Positions 1 to 15,300 of a DNA stretch of 64,000 nucleotides are shown here, in pieces. The stretch is taken from positions 13,578,001 through 13,642,000 of the forward strand of contig OZ024765.1 of assembly GCA_964016885.1 (NCBI GenBank), in the 5' to 3' direction. A program made the translations under genes and the position numbers. Source of the stretch: Eledone cirrhosa (Eukaryota). Numbering within the stretch: the stretch's first letter is position 1; every line of letters begins with the position of its first letter. The notes under the pieces were generated by a model. That model was not told where the DNA came from and did no database searches. It was given only the letters and a program-made list of their open reading frames with translations.

Positions 1-324
1 CTGCCAAATAAATGGGCGGCAGTAGTTCCAGCTGCACACATAGAAAAACTGGTGTAGTGATTCTGAGAACAATGCGGCTTTGCAGATGATTTATGTAAAT
101 TGACAATGGAAAGGAGCTCCTGCTCGAGTTAGAAGAGAACTAGTGACCTCTAGGAGAAGCAGCGATCCCTAATTGTATTCAGCAACCACAACAAGTATGA
201 AGTACACCAAATCGAATGTTCCTAGGGGAGGCCCTGGTTCTTCTTATTTGTGAGTGTAAACTCGGCCAGATTAGATTACTCCCACTGTTGACCACAAAAG
301 TTATTTAGTGTTAATAATACATAC

Positions 325-3300
325 CTGGTGTAGTAACGGGTGGAGTACTTGTAGAGATAACTGTAAAAGAGAGACAGGTTAGTTATATTATTAATTATTT
401 CAGTTATAGTTGAGTAAAAAACAGGCAGTTTAGAATATTATAAACAGTTTCGTTGGTGATTAAGAGAACATTATGGCTGTTTGTTTTAGCATAAACAGTT
501 TTTTCTATAATTAAGTGTAAAACAAGCAGTTTCTTTGTATTGTAAACTGTTTTTGTTGCAGTTAAGTAATAAACACACAGTAAATTTATGTTGTAAACTG
601 TTTATCTTGCAGTTAAGTAAAATAAACAAGCAGTTTATTTGTATTTTCTACTGTTTTTGATTTTTAAAGTCTGTCTCAATCTAAGAGGCTGATCAAGTTT
701 GTGCTTTTATGAGTTTGTGTGGTGTTAAGCAACTGAGAGTACAAGAATTCTCCATGTTCAGAATGCCAGTCCATTGCAGAGTTAAAATCTCTCAAGCCTA
801 GAAACACATTAGGCCAGTGTTTATTCAAGTTTCCTTGGCACTTTATATTCTTATTATGACATAACACAGTAAAGTTATTTAGTGTTAATAGTACATACCT
901 GATGTAGTAATGGGTGTACTAATTGTAGAGGTACCTGTAAAGAGAGACAAGTTGAGTTCAGTAAAAAAAATGTCAGGTTTTTGTATTGTAAACTGTTTTT
1001 GTTACAATTAAGTAAAAAAACAAGCAGTTTATTTGTATTTTATACTGTTTTTGTGGTCTAAAATCTGTCTCAACCTCAGAGGCTCATCAGGTTTGTGCTT
1101 CTATGAGTTTGTGTGGTGTTAAGCAACTGAGAGTACAAGATTCCCCCATGGACAGAATGCCAGTCCATTGCAGGGTTAAAACTCCTAGCTATTGCTGGTA
1201 CTCATTTTCAGCTGAATATACTGGAGTGATATGAAATGAAGTATATTGCTCTAAAACACAACACACAACCATCTCTGAACCCAGCATACAGGAGTGACTG
1301 AGGCGTAGATAGCCAGTGATGTAAGCCTATTCCAGTCACAGGAAGGACCCATAGAAGGGGTTGATAGCTTCTGCTATCTATGAAATGTAATTAGCAGTAG
1401 AGCCAAGAGTTTAATAGCTAGAATAAGGTTAGGTTGGAATAATTTGAGAGAGTTACTTTGTGAAGGCACATTGCTTAGTGGTTAGAGTATTGGGCTTGCA
1501 ATCAAAAGGTTGTGAGTTTATATCTTGGACTGGGTGATGTGTTGTGTCCTTGAGCAAGACACTTTATTTCACGTTGCTTCAGTTTACTCAGCTGTAGAAA
1601 TGAGTTGCGATCCTGCCAAATAAATGGGCGGCAGTAGTTCCAGCTGCACACATAGAAAAACTGGTGTAGTGATTCTGAGAACAATGCGGCTTTGCAGATG
1701 ATTTATGTAAATTGACAATGGAAAGGAGCTCCTGCTCGAGTTAGAAGAGAACTAGTGACCTCTAGGAGAAGCAGCGATCCCTAATTGTATTCAGCAACCA
1801 CAACAAGTATGAAGTACACCAAATCGAATGTTCCTAGGGGAGGCCCTGGTTCTTCTTATTTGTGAGTGTAAACTCGGCCAGATTAGATTACTCCCACTGT
1901 TGACCACAAAAGTTATTTAGTGTTAATAATACATACCTGGTGTAGTAACGGGTGGAGTACTTGTAGAGATAACTGTAAAAGAGAGACAGGTTAGTTATAT
2001 TATTAATTATTTCAGTTATAGTGAAGTAAAAAACAGGCAGTTTAGTATATTATAAACAGTGTTGTAGGTGATTAAGAGAACATTATGGCAGTTTGTTTTA
2101 GCATAAACAGTTTTTTCTATAATTAAGTGTAAAACAAGCAGTTTCTTTGTATTGTAAACTGTTTTTGTTGCAGTTAAGTTAAAAAACAAGCAGTTTATTC
2201 ATGTTGTAAAGTGCTTGTCTCGCAGCTAAGTAAAAAACAAGCAGTTCATTTATCCTGTAAACTGTTTTTCTTGCAGTTAAGTAAAAAACAAGCAGCTTAT
2301 TTGTATTTTAAACTGTTTTTGTGGTCTAAAGTCTGTCACAATTTCAGAGGCGCATCATGTTTATGCTTTTATGAGTTTGTGTTGTATTAAGAAACTGAGA
2401 GTACAAGACTTCTCCATGGTCAGAATGCCAGTCCATTGCAGAGTTAAAATCTCTCAAGCCCAGAAACACATTAGGCCAGTGATAATTTAAGTTTCCTTGG
2501 CTCTTTATATTCTTATTATGACATAACACAGTAAAGTTATTTAGTGTTAATAGTACTTACCTGATGTAGTAATGGATGGAGTAATTGTAGAGATAACTGT
2601 AAAGAGAGACAAGCTAGAGTCAAGTAAAGAAAATAGGCAGTTTTTGTATTGTAAATTGATTTTGTTGCCGTTAAGTAAAAAAACAAGCAGTTTATTTATG
2701 TTGCAAACTGTTTTTCTTGCAGTTAAGTAAAAAACAAGCAGCTTAGTTGTATTTTAAATTGACAATGGAAAGGAGCTCCTGCTCGAGTTAGAAGAGAACT
2801 AGTGACCTCCAGGAGAAGCAGCGACCCCTGATTGTATTCAGCAACTGAAACAAATATGAAGTACACCAAATCCAATGCTCCAAGGGGTGGCCCTGGTTCT
2901 TCTTATTTGTGAGTGTAAACTCGGCCAGATTAGATTACTCCCACTGTTGACCACAAAAGTTATTTAGTGTTAATAATACATACCTGGTGTAGTAACGGGT
3001 GGAGTACTTGTAGAGATAACTGTAAAAGAGAGACAGGTTAGTTATATTATTAATTATTTCAGTTATAGTTAAGTAAAAAACAGGTAGTTTACTTGTATTG
3101 TAAACAGTATTCGCTGTTCTTCAGCGTAAAACAGGCAGTTTAGTATATTATAAGTTTTTTGGTGATAAAGAGAACATTATGGCAGTTTATTTTTCATAAA
3201 CAGTTTTTTGTGTAATTAAGTGTAAAATGAGCACTTTATTTGTATTGTAAACTGTTTTTATTGTAGTTAAGTAAGAAAAAAAGAAGCAGTTTATTTATGT

Positions 3301-6300
3301 TGTAAAGTGCTTTTCTTGAAGTTAAGTAAAAAAAACAAGCAACTTATTTGTATTTTATACTGTTTTTGTGGTCTAAAGTCTGCCTCAATCTCAGAGGCTG
3401 ATCAGGTTTGTGCTTTTATGAGTTTGTGTGGTGTTAAGCAACTGAGAGTACAAGACTTCTCCATGGTCAGAATGCCAGTCCATTGCAGAGTTAAAATCTC
3501 TCAAGCCCAGAAACACGTTAGGCCAGTGATTATTCAAGTTTACTTGGCACTTTATATTCTTATTATGACATAACACAGTAAAGTTATTTAGTGTTAATAG
3601 TACATACCTGATGTAGTAATGGGTGTACTAATTGTAGAGGTACCTGTAAAGAGAGACAAGTTGAGTTCAGTAAAAAAAATGTCAGGTTTTTGTATTGTAA
3701 ACTGTTTTTGTTACAATTAAGTAAAAAAACAAGCAGTTTATTTGTATTTTATACTGTTTTTGTGGTCTAAAATCTGTCTCAACCTCAGAGGCTCATCAGG
3801 TTTGTGCTTCTATGAGTTTGTGTGGTGTTAAGCAACTGAGAGTACAAGATTCCCCCATGGACAGAATGCCAGTCCATTGCAGGGTTAAAACTCCTAGCTA
3901 TTGCTGGTACTCATTTTCAGCTGAATATACTGGAGTGATATGAAATGAAGTATATTGCTCTAAAACACAACACACAACCATCTCTGAACCCAGCATACAG
4001 GAGTGACTGAGGCGTAGATAGCCAGTGATGTAAGCCTATTCCAGTCACAGGAAGGACCCATAGAAGGGGTTGATAGCTTCTGCTATCTATGAAATGTAAT
4101 TAGCAGTAGAGCCAAGAGTTTAATAGCTAGAATAAGGTTAGGTTGGAATAATTTGAGAGAGTTACTTTGTGAAGGCACATTGCTTAGTGGTTAGAGTATT
4201 GGGCTTGCAATCAAAAGGTTGTGAGTTTATATCTTGGACTGGGTGATGTGTTGTGTCCTTGAGCAAGACACTTTATTTCACGTTGCTCCAGTTTACTCAG
4301 CTGTAGAAATGAGTTGCGATCCTGCCAAATAAATGGGTGGCAGTAGTTCCAGCTGCACACATAGAAAAACTGGTGTAGTGATTCTGAGAACAATGCGGCT
4401 TTGCAGATGATTTATGTAAATTGACAATGGAAAGGAGCTCCTGCTCGAGTTAGAAGAGAACTAGTGACCTCCAGGAGAAGCAGCGATCCCTAATTGTATT
4501 CAGCAAACGCAACAAGTATGAAGTACACCAAATCGAATGCTCCTAGGGGTGGCCCTGGTTCTTCTTATTTGTGAGTGTAAACTCGGCCAGATTAGATTAC
4601 TCCCACTGTTGACCACAAAAGTTATTTAGTGTTAATAATACATACCTGATGTAGTAACGGGTGGAGTACTTGTAGAGATAACTGTAAAAGAGAGACAGGT
4701 TAGTTATATTATTAATTATTTCAGTTATAGTGAAGTAAAAAACAGGCAGTTTAGTATATTATAAACAGTGTTGTAGGTGATTAAGAGAACATTATGGCAG
4801 TTTGTTTTGGCATAAACAGTTTTTTCTATAATTAAGTGTAAAACAAGCAGTTTCTTTGTATTGTAAACTGTTTTTGTTGCAGTTAAGTTAAAAAACAAGC
4901 AGTTTATTCATGTTGTAAAGTGCTTTTCTCGCAGCTAAGTAAAAAACAAGCAGTTCATTTATCCTGTAAACTGTTTTTCTTGCAGTTAAGTAAAAAACAA
5001 GCAGCTTATTTGTATTTTAAACTGTTTTTGTGGTCTAAAGTCTGTCACAATTTCAGAGGCGCATCATGTTTATGCTTTTATGAGTTTGTGTTGTATTAAG
5101 AAACTGAGAGTACAAGACTTCTCCATGGTCAGAATGCCAGTCCATTGCAGAGTTAAAATCTCTCAAGCCCAGAAACACATTAGGCCAGTGATAATTTAAG
5201 TTTCCTTGGCTCTTTATATTCTTATTATGACATAACACAGTAAAGTTATTTAGTGTTAATAGTACTTACCTGATGTAGTAATGGATGGAGTAATTGTAGA
5301 GATAACTGTAAAGAGAGACAAGCTAGAGTTAAGTAAAGAAAATAGGCAGTTTTTGTATTGTAAATTGATTTTGTTGCCGTTAAGTAAAAAAACAAGCAGT
5401 TTATTTATGTTGCAAACTGTTTTTCTTGCAGTTAAGTAAAAAACAAGCAGCTTAGTTGTATTTTAAATTGACAATGGAAAGGAGCTCCTGCTCGAGTTAG
5501 AAGAGAACTAGTGACCTCCAGGAGAAGCAGCGACCCCTGATTGTATTCAGCAACCGAAACAGATATGAAGTACACCAAATCCAATGCTCCAAGGGGTGGC
5601 CCTGGTTCTTCTTATTTGTGAGTGTAAACTCGGCCAGATTAGATTACTCCCACTGTTGACCACAAAAGTTATTTAGTGTTAATAATACATACCTGGTGTA
5701 GTAACGGGTGGAGTACTTGTAGAGATAACTGTAAAAGAGAGACAGGTTAGTTATATTATTAATTATTTCAGTTATAGTTAAGTAAAAAACAGGCAGTTTA
5801 CTTGTATTGTAAACAGTATTCGCTGTTCTTCAGCGTAAAACAGGCAGTTTAGTATATTATAAGTTTTTTGGTGATTAAGAGAACATTATGGCAGTTTATT
5901 TTTCATAAACAGTTTTTTGTGTAATTAAGTGTAAAATGAGCACTTTATTTGTATTGTAAACTGTTTTTATTGTAGTTAAGTAAGAAAAAAACAAGCAGTT
6001 TATTTATGTTGTAAAGTGCTTTTCTTGAAGTTAAGTAAAAAAAACAAGCAACTTATTTGTATTTTATACTGTTTTTGTGGTCTAAAGTCTGCCTCAATCT
6101 CAGAGGCTGATCAGGTTTGTGCTTTTATGAGTTTGTGTGGTGTTAAGCAACTGAGAGTACAAGACTTCTCCATGGTCAGAATGCCAGTCCATTGCAGAGT
6201 TAAAATCTCTCAAGCCCAGAAACACGTTAGGCCAGTGATTATTCAAGTTTACTTGGCACTTTATATTCTTATTATGACATAACACAGTAAAGTTATTTAG

Positions 6301-9300
6301 TGTTAATAGTACTTACCTGATGTAGTAATGGGTGTACTAATTGTAGAGGTACCTGTAAAGAGAGATAAGTTGAGTTCAGTAAAAAAAATGTCAGGTTTTT
6401 GTATTGTAAACTGTTTTTGTTACAATTAAGTAAAAAAACAAGCAGTTTATTTGTATTTTATACTGTTTTTGTGGTCTAAAATCTGTCTCAACCTCAGAGG
6501 CTCATCAGGTTTGTGCTTCTATGAGTTTGTGTGGTGTTAAGCAACTGAGAGTACAAGATTCCCCCATGGACAGAATGCCAGTCCATTGCAGGGTTAAAAC
6601 TCCTAGCTATTGCTGGTACTCATTTTCAGCTGAATATACTGGAGTGATATGAAATGAAGTATATTGCTCTAAAACACAACACACAACCATCTCTGAACCC
6701 AGCATACAGGAGTGACTGAGGCGTAGATAGCCAGTGATGTAAGCCTATTCCAGTCACAGGAAGGACCCATAGAAGGGGTTGATAGCTTCTGCTATCTATG
6801 AAATGTAATTAGCAGTAGAGCCAAGAGTTTAATAGCTAGAATAAGGTTAGGTTGGAATAATTTGAGAGAGTTACTTTGTGAAGGCACATTGCTTAGTGGT
6901 TAGAGTATTGGGCTTGCAATCAAAAGGTTGTGAGTTTATATCTTGGACTGGGTGATGTGTTGTGTCCTTGAGCAAGACACTTTATTTCACGTTGCTCCAG
7001 TTTACTCAGCTGTAGAAATGAGTTGCGATCCTGCCAAATAAATGGGTGGCAGTAGTTCCAGCTGCACACATAGAAAAACTGGTGTAGTGATTCTGAGAAC
7101 AATGCGGCTTTGCAGATGATTTATGTAAATTGACAATGGAAAGGAGCTCCTGCTCGAGTTAGAAGAGAACTAGTGACCTCCAGGAGAAGCAGCGATCCCT
7201 AATTGTATTCAGCAAACGCAACAAGTATGAAGTACACCAAATCGAATGCTCCTAGGGGTGGCCCTGGTTCTTCTTATTTGTGAGTGTAAACTCGGCCAGA
7301 TTAGATTACTCCCACTGTTGACCACAAAAGTTATTTAGTGTTAATAATACATACCTGATGTAGTAACGGGTGGAGTACTTGTAGAGATAACTGTAAAAGA
7401 GAGACAGGTTAGTTATATTATTAATTATTTCAGTTATAGTGAAGTAAAAAACAGGCAGTTTAGTATATTATAAACAGTGTTGTAGGTGATTAAGAGAACA
7501 TTATGGCAGTTTGTTTTGGCATAAACAGTTTTTTCTATAATTAAGTGTAAAACAAGCAGTTTCTTTGTATTGTAAACTGTTTTTGTTGCAGTTAAGTTAA
7601 AAAACAAGCAGTTTATTCATGTTGTAAAGTGCTTTTCTCGCAGCTAAGTAAAAAACAAGCAGTTCATTTATCCTGTAAACTGTTTTTCTTGCAGTTAAGT
7701 AAAAAACAAGCAGCTTATTTGTATTTTAAACTGTTTTTGTGGTCTAAAGTCTGTCACAATTTCAGAGGCGCATCATGTTTATGCTTTTATGAGTTTGTGT
7801 TGTATTAAGAAACTGAGAGTACAAGACTTCTCCATGGTCAGAATGCCAGTCCATTGCAGAGTTAAAATCTCTCAAGCCCAGAAACACATTAGGCCAGTGA
7901 TAATTTAAGTTTCCTTGGCTCTTTATATTCTTATTATGACATAACACAGTAAAGTTATTTAGTGTTAATAGTACTTACCTGATGTAGTAATGGATGGAGT
8001 AATTGTAGAGATAACTGTAAAGAGAGACAAGCTAGAGTTAAGTAAAGAAAATAGGCAGTTTTTGTATTGTAAATTGATTTTGTTGCCGTTAAGTAAAAAA
8101 ACAAGCAGTTTATTTATGTTGCAAACTGTTTTTCTTGCAGTTAAGTAAAAAACAAGCAGCTTAGTTGTATTTTAAATTGACAATGGAAAGGAGCTCCTGC
8201 TCGAGTTAGAAGAGAACTAGTGACCTCCAGGAGAAGCAGCGACCCCTGATTGTATTCAGCAACCGAAACAGATATGAAGTACACCAAATCCAATGCTCCA
8301 AGGGGTGGCCCTGGTTCTTCTTATTTGTGAGTGTAAACTCGGCCAGATTAGATTACTCCCACTGTTGACCACAAAAGTTATTTAGTGTTAATAATACATA
8401 CCTGGTGTAGTAACGGGTGGAGTACTTGTAGAGATAACTGTAAAAGAGAGACAGGTTAGTTATATTATTAATTATTTCAGTTATAGTTAAGTAAAAAACA
8501 GGCAGTTTACTTGTATTGTAAACAGTATTCGCTGTTCTTCAGCGTAAAACAGGCAGTTTAGTATATTATAAGTTTTTTGGTGATTAAGAGAACATTATGG
8601 CAGTTTATTTTTCATAAACAGTTTTTTGTGTAATTAAGTGTAAAATGAGCACTTTATTTGTATTGTAAACTGTTTTTATTGTAGTTAAGTAAGAAAAAAA
8701 CAAGCAGTTTATTTATGTTGTAAAGTGCTTTTCTTGAAGTTAAGTAAAAAAAACAAGCAACTTATTTGTATTTTATACTGTTTTTGTGGTCTAAAGTCTG
8801 CCTCAATCTCAGAGGCTGATCAGGTTTGTGCTTTTATGAGTTTGTGTGGTGTTAAGCAACTGAGAGTACAAGACTTCTCCATGGTCAGAATGCCAGTCCA
8901 TTGCAGAGTTAAAATCTCTCAAGCCCAGAAACACGTTAGGCCAGTGATTATTCAAGTTTACTTGGCACTTTATATTCTTATTATGACATAACACAGTAAA
9001 GTTATTTAGTGTTAATAGTACTTACCTGATGTAGTAATGGGTGTACTAATTGTAGAGGTACCTGTAAAGAGAGATAAGTTGAGTTCAGTAAAAAAAATGT
9101 CAGGTTTTTGTATTGTAAACTGTTTTTGTTACAATTAAGTAAAAAAACAAGCAGTTTATTTGTATTTTATACTGTTTTTGTGGTCTAAAATCTGTCTCAA
9201 CCTCAGAGGCTCATCAGGTTTGTGCTTCTATGAGTTTGTGTGGTGTTAAGCAACTGAGAGTACAAGATTCCCCCATGGACAGAATGCCAGTCCATTGCAG

Positions 9301-12300
9301 GGTTAAAACTCCTAGCTATTGCTGGTACTCATTTTCAGCTGAATATACTGGAGTGATATGAAATGAAGTATATTGCTCTAAAACACAACACACAACCATC
9401 TCTGAACCCAGCATACAGGAGTGACCGAGGCGTAGATAGCCAGTGATGTAAGCCTATTCCAGTCACAGGAAGGACCCATAGAATGGGTTGATAGCTTCTG
9501 CTATCTATGAAATGTAATTAGCAGTAGAGCCAAGAATTTAATAGCTAGAATAAGGTTAGGTTGGAATAATTTGAGAGAGTTACTTTGTGAAGGCACATTG
9601 CTTAGTGGTTAGAGTATTGGGCTTGCAATCAAAAGGTTGTGAGTTTATATCTTGGACTGGGTGATGTGTTGTGTCCTTGAGCAAGACACTTTATTTCACG
9701 TTGCTCCAGTTTACTCAGCTGTAGAAATGAGTTGCGATCCTGCCAAATAAATATGCGGCAGTAGTTCCAGCTGCACACATAGAAAAACTGGTGTAGTGAT
9801 TCTGAGAACAATGCGGCTTTGCAGATGATTTATGTAAATTGACAATGGAAAGGAGCTCCTGCTCGAGTTAGAAGAGAACTAGTGACCTCCAGGAGAAGCA
9901 GCGATCCCTAATTGTATTCAGCAAACGCAACAAGTATGAAGTACACCAAATCGAATGTTCCTAGGGGAGGCCCTGGTTCTTCTTATTTGTGAGTGTAAAC
10001 TCGGCCAGATTAGATTACTCCCACTGTTGACCACAAAAGTTATTTAGTGTTAATAATACATACCTGATGTAGTAACGGGTGGAGTACTTGTAGAGATAAC
10101 TGTAAAAGAGAGACAGGTTAGTTATATTATTAATTATTTCAGTTATAGTTGAGTAAAAAACAGGCAGTTTAGAATATTATAAACAGTTTCGTTGGTGATT
10201 AAGAGAACATTATGGCTGTTTGTTTTAGCATAAACAGTTTTTTCTATAATTAAGTGTAAAACAAGCAGTTTCTTTGTATTGTAAACTGTTTTTGTTGCAG
10301 TTAAGTAATAAACACACAGTAAATTTATGTTGTAAACTGTTTATCTTGCAGTTAAGTAAATTAAACAAGCAGTTTATTTGTATTTTCTACTGTTTTTGAT
10401 TTTTAAAGTCTGTCTCAATCTAAGAGGCTGATCAAGTTTGTGCTTTTATGAGTTTGTGTGGTGTTAAGCAACTGAGAGTACAAGAATTCTCCATGTTCAG
10501 AATGCCAGTCCATTGCAGAGTTAAAATCTCTCAAGCCTAGAAACACATTAGGCCAGTGTTTATTCAAGTTTCCTTGGCACTTTATATTCTTATTATGACA
10601 TAACACAGGAAAGTTATTTAGTGTTAATAGTACATACCTGATGTAGTAATGGGTGTACTAATTGTAGAGGTACCTGTAAAGAGAGACAAGTTGAGTTCAG
10701 TAAAAAAAATGGCAGGTTTTTGTATTGTAAACTGTTTTTGTTACAATTAAGTAAAAAAACAAGCAGTTTATTTGTATTTTATACTGTTTTTGTGGTCTAA
10801 AATCTGTCTCAACCTTAGAGGCTCATCAGGTTTGTGCTTCTATGAGTTTGCATGGTGTTAAGCAACTGAGAGTACAAGACTCCCCCATGGACAGCATGCC
10901 AGTCCATTGCAGGGTTAAACCTCCTACCTATTGCTGGTACTCATTTTCAGCTGAATATACTGGAGTGATATGAAATGAAGTATATTGCTCTAAAACACAA
11001 CACACAACCATCTCTGAACCCAGCATACAGGAGTGACCGAGGCGTAGATAGCCCTTGATGTAAGCCTATTCCAGTCAGAGGAAGGAACCACAGAAGGGGT
11101 TGATAGCTTCTGCTATCTATGAAATGTAATTAGCAGTAGAGCTGAGAGTTTAATAGCTAGAATAAGGATAGGTTGGAATAATTTGAGAGAGTTACTTTGT
11201 GAAGGCGCATGGCTTAGTGGTTAGAGTATTGGGCTTGCCATCAAAAGGTTGTGAGTTTATATATCGGACTGGGTGATGTGTTGTGTCCTTGAGCAAGACA
11301 CTTTATATCACGTTGCTCCAGTTTACTCAGCTGTAGAAATCAATTGCCATCCTGCCAAATAAATGGGTGGCAGTAGTTCCAGCTGCACACATAGAAAGAC
11401 TGGTGTAGTTATTCTGAGAACAATGTGGCTTTTCAGATGATTTATGTAAATTGACAATGGAAAGGAGCTCCTGCTCGAGTTAGAAGAGAACTAGTGACCT
11501 CCAGGAGAAGCAGCGATCCCTAATTGTATTCAGCAACCACAACAAATATGAAGTACACCAAATCGAATGTTCCTAGGGGAGGCCCTGGTTCTTCTTATTT
11601 GTGAGTGTAAACTCGGCCAGATTAGATTACTCCCACTGTTGACCACAAAAGTTATTTAGTGTTAATAATACATACCTGGTGTAGTAACGGGTGGAGTACT
11701 TGTAGAGATAACTGTAAAAGAGAGACAGGTTAGTTATATTATTAATTATTTCAGTTATAGTGAAGTAAAAAACAGGCAGTTTAGTATATTATAAACAGTG
11801 TTGTAGGTGATTAAGAGAACATTATGGCAGTTTGTTTTAGCATAAACAGTTTTTTCTATAATTAAGTGTAAAACAAGCAGTTTCTTTGTATTGTAAACTG
11901 TTTTTGTTGCAGTTAAGTTTAAAAAAAAGCAGTTTATTCATGTTGTAAAGTGCTTTTCTCGCAGCTAAGTAAAAAACAAGCAGTTCATTTATCCTGTAAA
12001 CTGTTTTTCCTGCAGTTAAGTAAAAAACAAGCAGCTTAATTGTATTTTAAACTGTTTTTGTGATCTAAAGTCTGTCACAATTTCAGAGGCGCATCATGTT
12101 TATGCTTTTATGAGTTTGTGTGGTGTTAAGCAACTGAGAGTACAAGACTTCTCCATGGTCAGAATGCCAGTCCATTGCAGAGTTAAAATCTCTCAAGCCC
12201 AGAAACACATTAGGCCAGTGATAATTTAAGTTTCCTTGCCACTTTATATTCTTATTATGACATAACACAGTAAAGTTATTTAGTGTTAATAGTACTTACC

Positions 12301-15300
12301 TGATGTAGTAATGGATGGAGTAATTGTAGAGATAACTGTAAAGAGAGACAAGCTAGAGTCAAGTAAAGAAAATAGGCAGTTTTTGTATTGTAAATTGATT
12401 TTGTTGCCGTTAAGTAAAAAAACAAGCAGTTTATTTATGTTGCAAACTGTTTTTCTTGCAGTTAAGTAAAAAACAAGCAGCTTAGTTGTATTTTAAATTG
12501 ACAATGGAAAGGAGCTCCTGCTCGAGTTAGAAGAGAACTAGTGACCTCCAGGAGAAGCAGCGACCCCTGATTGTATTCAGCAACCGAAACAGATATGAAG
12601 TACACCAAGTCCAATGCTCCTAGGGGTGGCCCTGGTTCTTCTTATTTGTGAGTGTAAACTCGGCCAGATTAGATTACTCCCACTGTTGACCACAAAAGTT
12701 ATTTAGTGTTAATAATACATACCTGGTGTAGTAACGGGTGGAGTACTTGTAGAGATAACTGTAAAAGAGAGACAGGTTAGTTATATTATTAATTATTTCA
12801 GTTATAGTTAAGTAAAAAACAGGCAGTTTACTTGTATTGTAAACAGTATTCGCTGTTCTTCAGCGTAAAACAGGCAGTTTAGTATATTATAAGTTTTTTG
12901 GTGATTAAGAGAACATTATGGCAGTTTATTTTTCATAAACAGTTTTTTGTGTAATTAAGTGTAAAATGAGCACTTTATTTGTATTGTAAACTGTTTTTAT
13001 TGTAGTTAAGTAAGAAAAAAAGAAGCAGTTTATTTATGTTGTAAAGTGCTTTTCTTGAAGTTAAGTAAAAAAAACAAGCAACTTATTTGTATTTTATACT
13101 GTTTTTGTGGTCTAAAGTCTGCCTCAATCTCAGAGGCTGATCAGGTTTGTGCTTTTATGAGTTTGTGTGGTGTTAAGCAACTGAGAGTACAAGACTTCTC
13201 CATGGTCAGAATGCCAGTCCATTGCAGAGTTAAAATCTCTCAAGCCCAGAAACACGTTAGGCCAGTGATTATTCAAGTTTACTTGGCACTTTATATTCTT
13301 ATTATGACATAACACAGTAAAGTTATTTAGTGTTAATAGTACATACCTGATGTAGTAATGGGTGTACTAATTGTAGAGGTACCTGTAAAGAGAGACAAGT
13401 TGAGTTCAGTAAAAAAAATGTCAGGTTTTTGTATTGTAAACTGTTTTTGTTACAATTAAGTAAAAAAACAAGCAGTTTATTTGTATTTTATACTGTTTTT
13501 GTGGTCTAAAATCTGTCTCAACCTCAGAGGCTCATCAGGTTTGTGCTTCTATGAGTTTGTGTGGTGTTAAGCAACTGAGAGTACAAGATTCCCCCATGGA
13601 CAGAATGCCAGTCCATTGCAGGGTTAAAACTCCTAGCTATTGCTGGTACTCATTTTCAGCTGAATATACTGGAGTGATATGAAATGAAGTATATTGCTCT
13701 AAAACACAACACACAACCATCTCTGAACCCAGCATACAGGAGTGACTGAGGCGTAGATAGCCAGTGATGTAAGCCTATTCCAGTCACAGGAAGGACCCAT
13801 AGAAGGGATTGATAGCTTCTGCTATCTATGAAATGTAATTAGCAGTAGAGCCAAGAGTTTAATAGCTAGAATAAGGTTAGGTTGGAATAATTTGAGAGAG
13901 TTACTTTGTGAAGGCACATTGCTTAGTGGTTAGAGTATTGGGCTTGCAATCAAAAGGTTGTGAGTTTATATCTTGGACTGGGTGATGTGTTGTGTCCTTG
14001 AGCAAGACACTTTATTTCACGTTGCTCCAGTTTACTCAGCTGTAGAAATGAGTTGCGATCCTGCCAAATAAATGTGCGGCAGTAGTTCCAGCTGCACACA
14101 TAGAAAAACTGGTGTAGTGATTCTGAGAACAATGCGGCTTTGCAGATGATTTATGTAAATTGACAATGGAAAGGAGCTCCTGCTCGAGTTAGAAGAGAAC
14201 TAGTGACCTCCAGGAGAAGCAGCGATCCCTAATTGTATTCAGCAAACGCAACAAGTATGAAGTACACCAAATCGAATGTTCCTAGGGGAGGCCCTGGTTC
14301 TTCTTATTTGTGAGTGTAAACTCGGCCAGATTAGATTACTCCCACTGTTGACCACAAAAGTTATTTAGTGTTAATAATACATACCTGGTGTAGTAACGGG
14401 TGGAGTACTTGTAGAGATAACTGTAAAAGAGAGACAGGTTAGTTATATTATTAATTATTTCAGTTATAGTGAAGTAAAAAACAGGCAGTTTAGTATATTA
14501 TAAACAGTGTTGTAGGTGATTAAGAGAACATTATGGCAGTTTGTTTTAGCATAAACAGTTTTTTCTATAATTAAGTGTAAAACAAGCAGTTTCTTTGTAT
14601 TGTAAACTGTTTTTGTTGCAGTTAAGTTAAAAAACAAGCAGTTTATTCATGTTGTAAAGTGCTTTTCTCGCAGCTAAGTAAAAAACAAGCAGTTCATTTA
14701 TCCTGTAAACTGTTTTTCTTGCAGTTAAGTAAAAAACAAGCAGCTTAATTGTATTTTAAACTGTTTTTGTGGTCTAAAGTCTGTCACAATTTCAGAGGCG
14801 CATCATGTTTATGCTTTTATGAGTTTGTGTGGTGTTAAGCAACTGAGAGTACAAGACTTCTCCATGGTCAGAATGCCAGTCCATTGCAGAGTTAAAATCT
14901 CTCAAGCCCAGAAACACATTAGGCCAGTGATAATTTAAATTTCCTTGCCACTTTATATTCTTATTATGACATAACACAGTAAAGTTATTTAGTGTTAATA
15001 GTACTTACCTGATGTAGTAATGGATGGAGTAATTGTAGAGATAACTGTAAAGAGAGACAAGCTAGAGTTAAGTAAAGAAAATAGGCAGTTTTTGTATTGT
15101 AAATTGATTTTGTTGCCGTTAAGTAAAAAAACAAGCAGTTTATTTATGTTGCAAACTGTTTTTCTTGCAGTTAAGTAAAAAACAAGCAGCTTAGTTGTAT
15201 TTTAAATTGACAATGGAAAGGAGCTCCTGCTCGAGTTAGAAGAGAACTAGTGACCTCCAGGAGAAGCAGCGACCCCTGATTGTATTCAGCAACCGAAACA

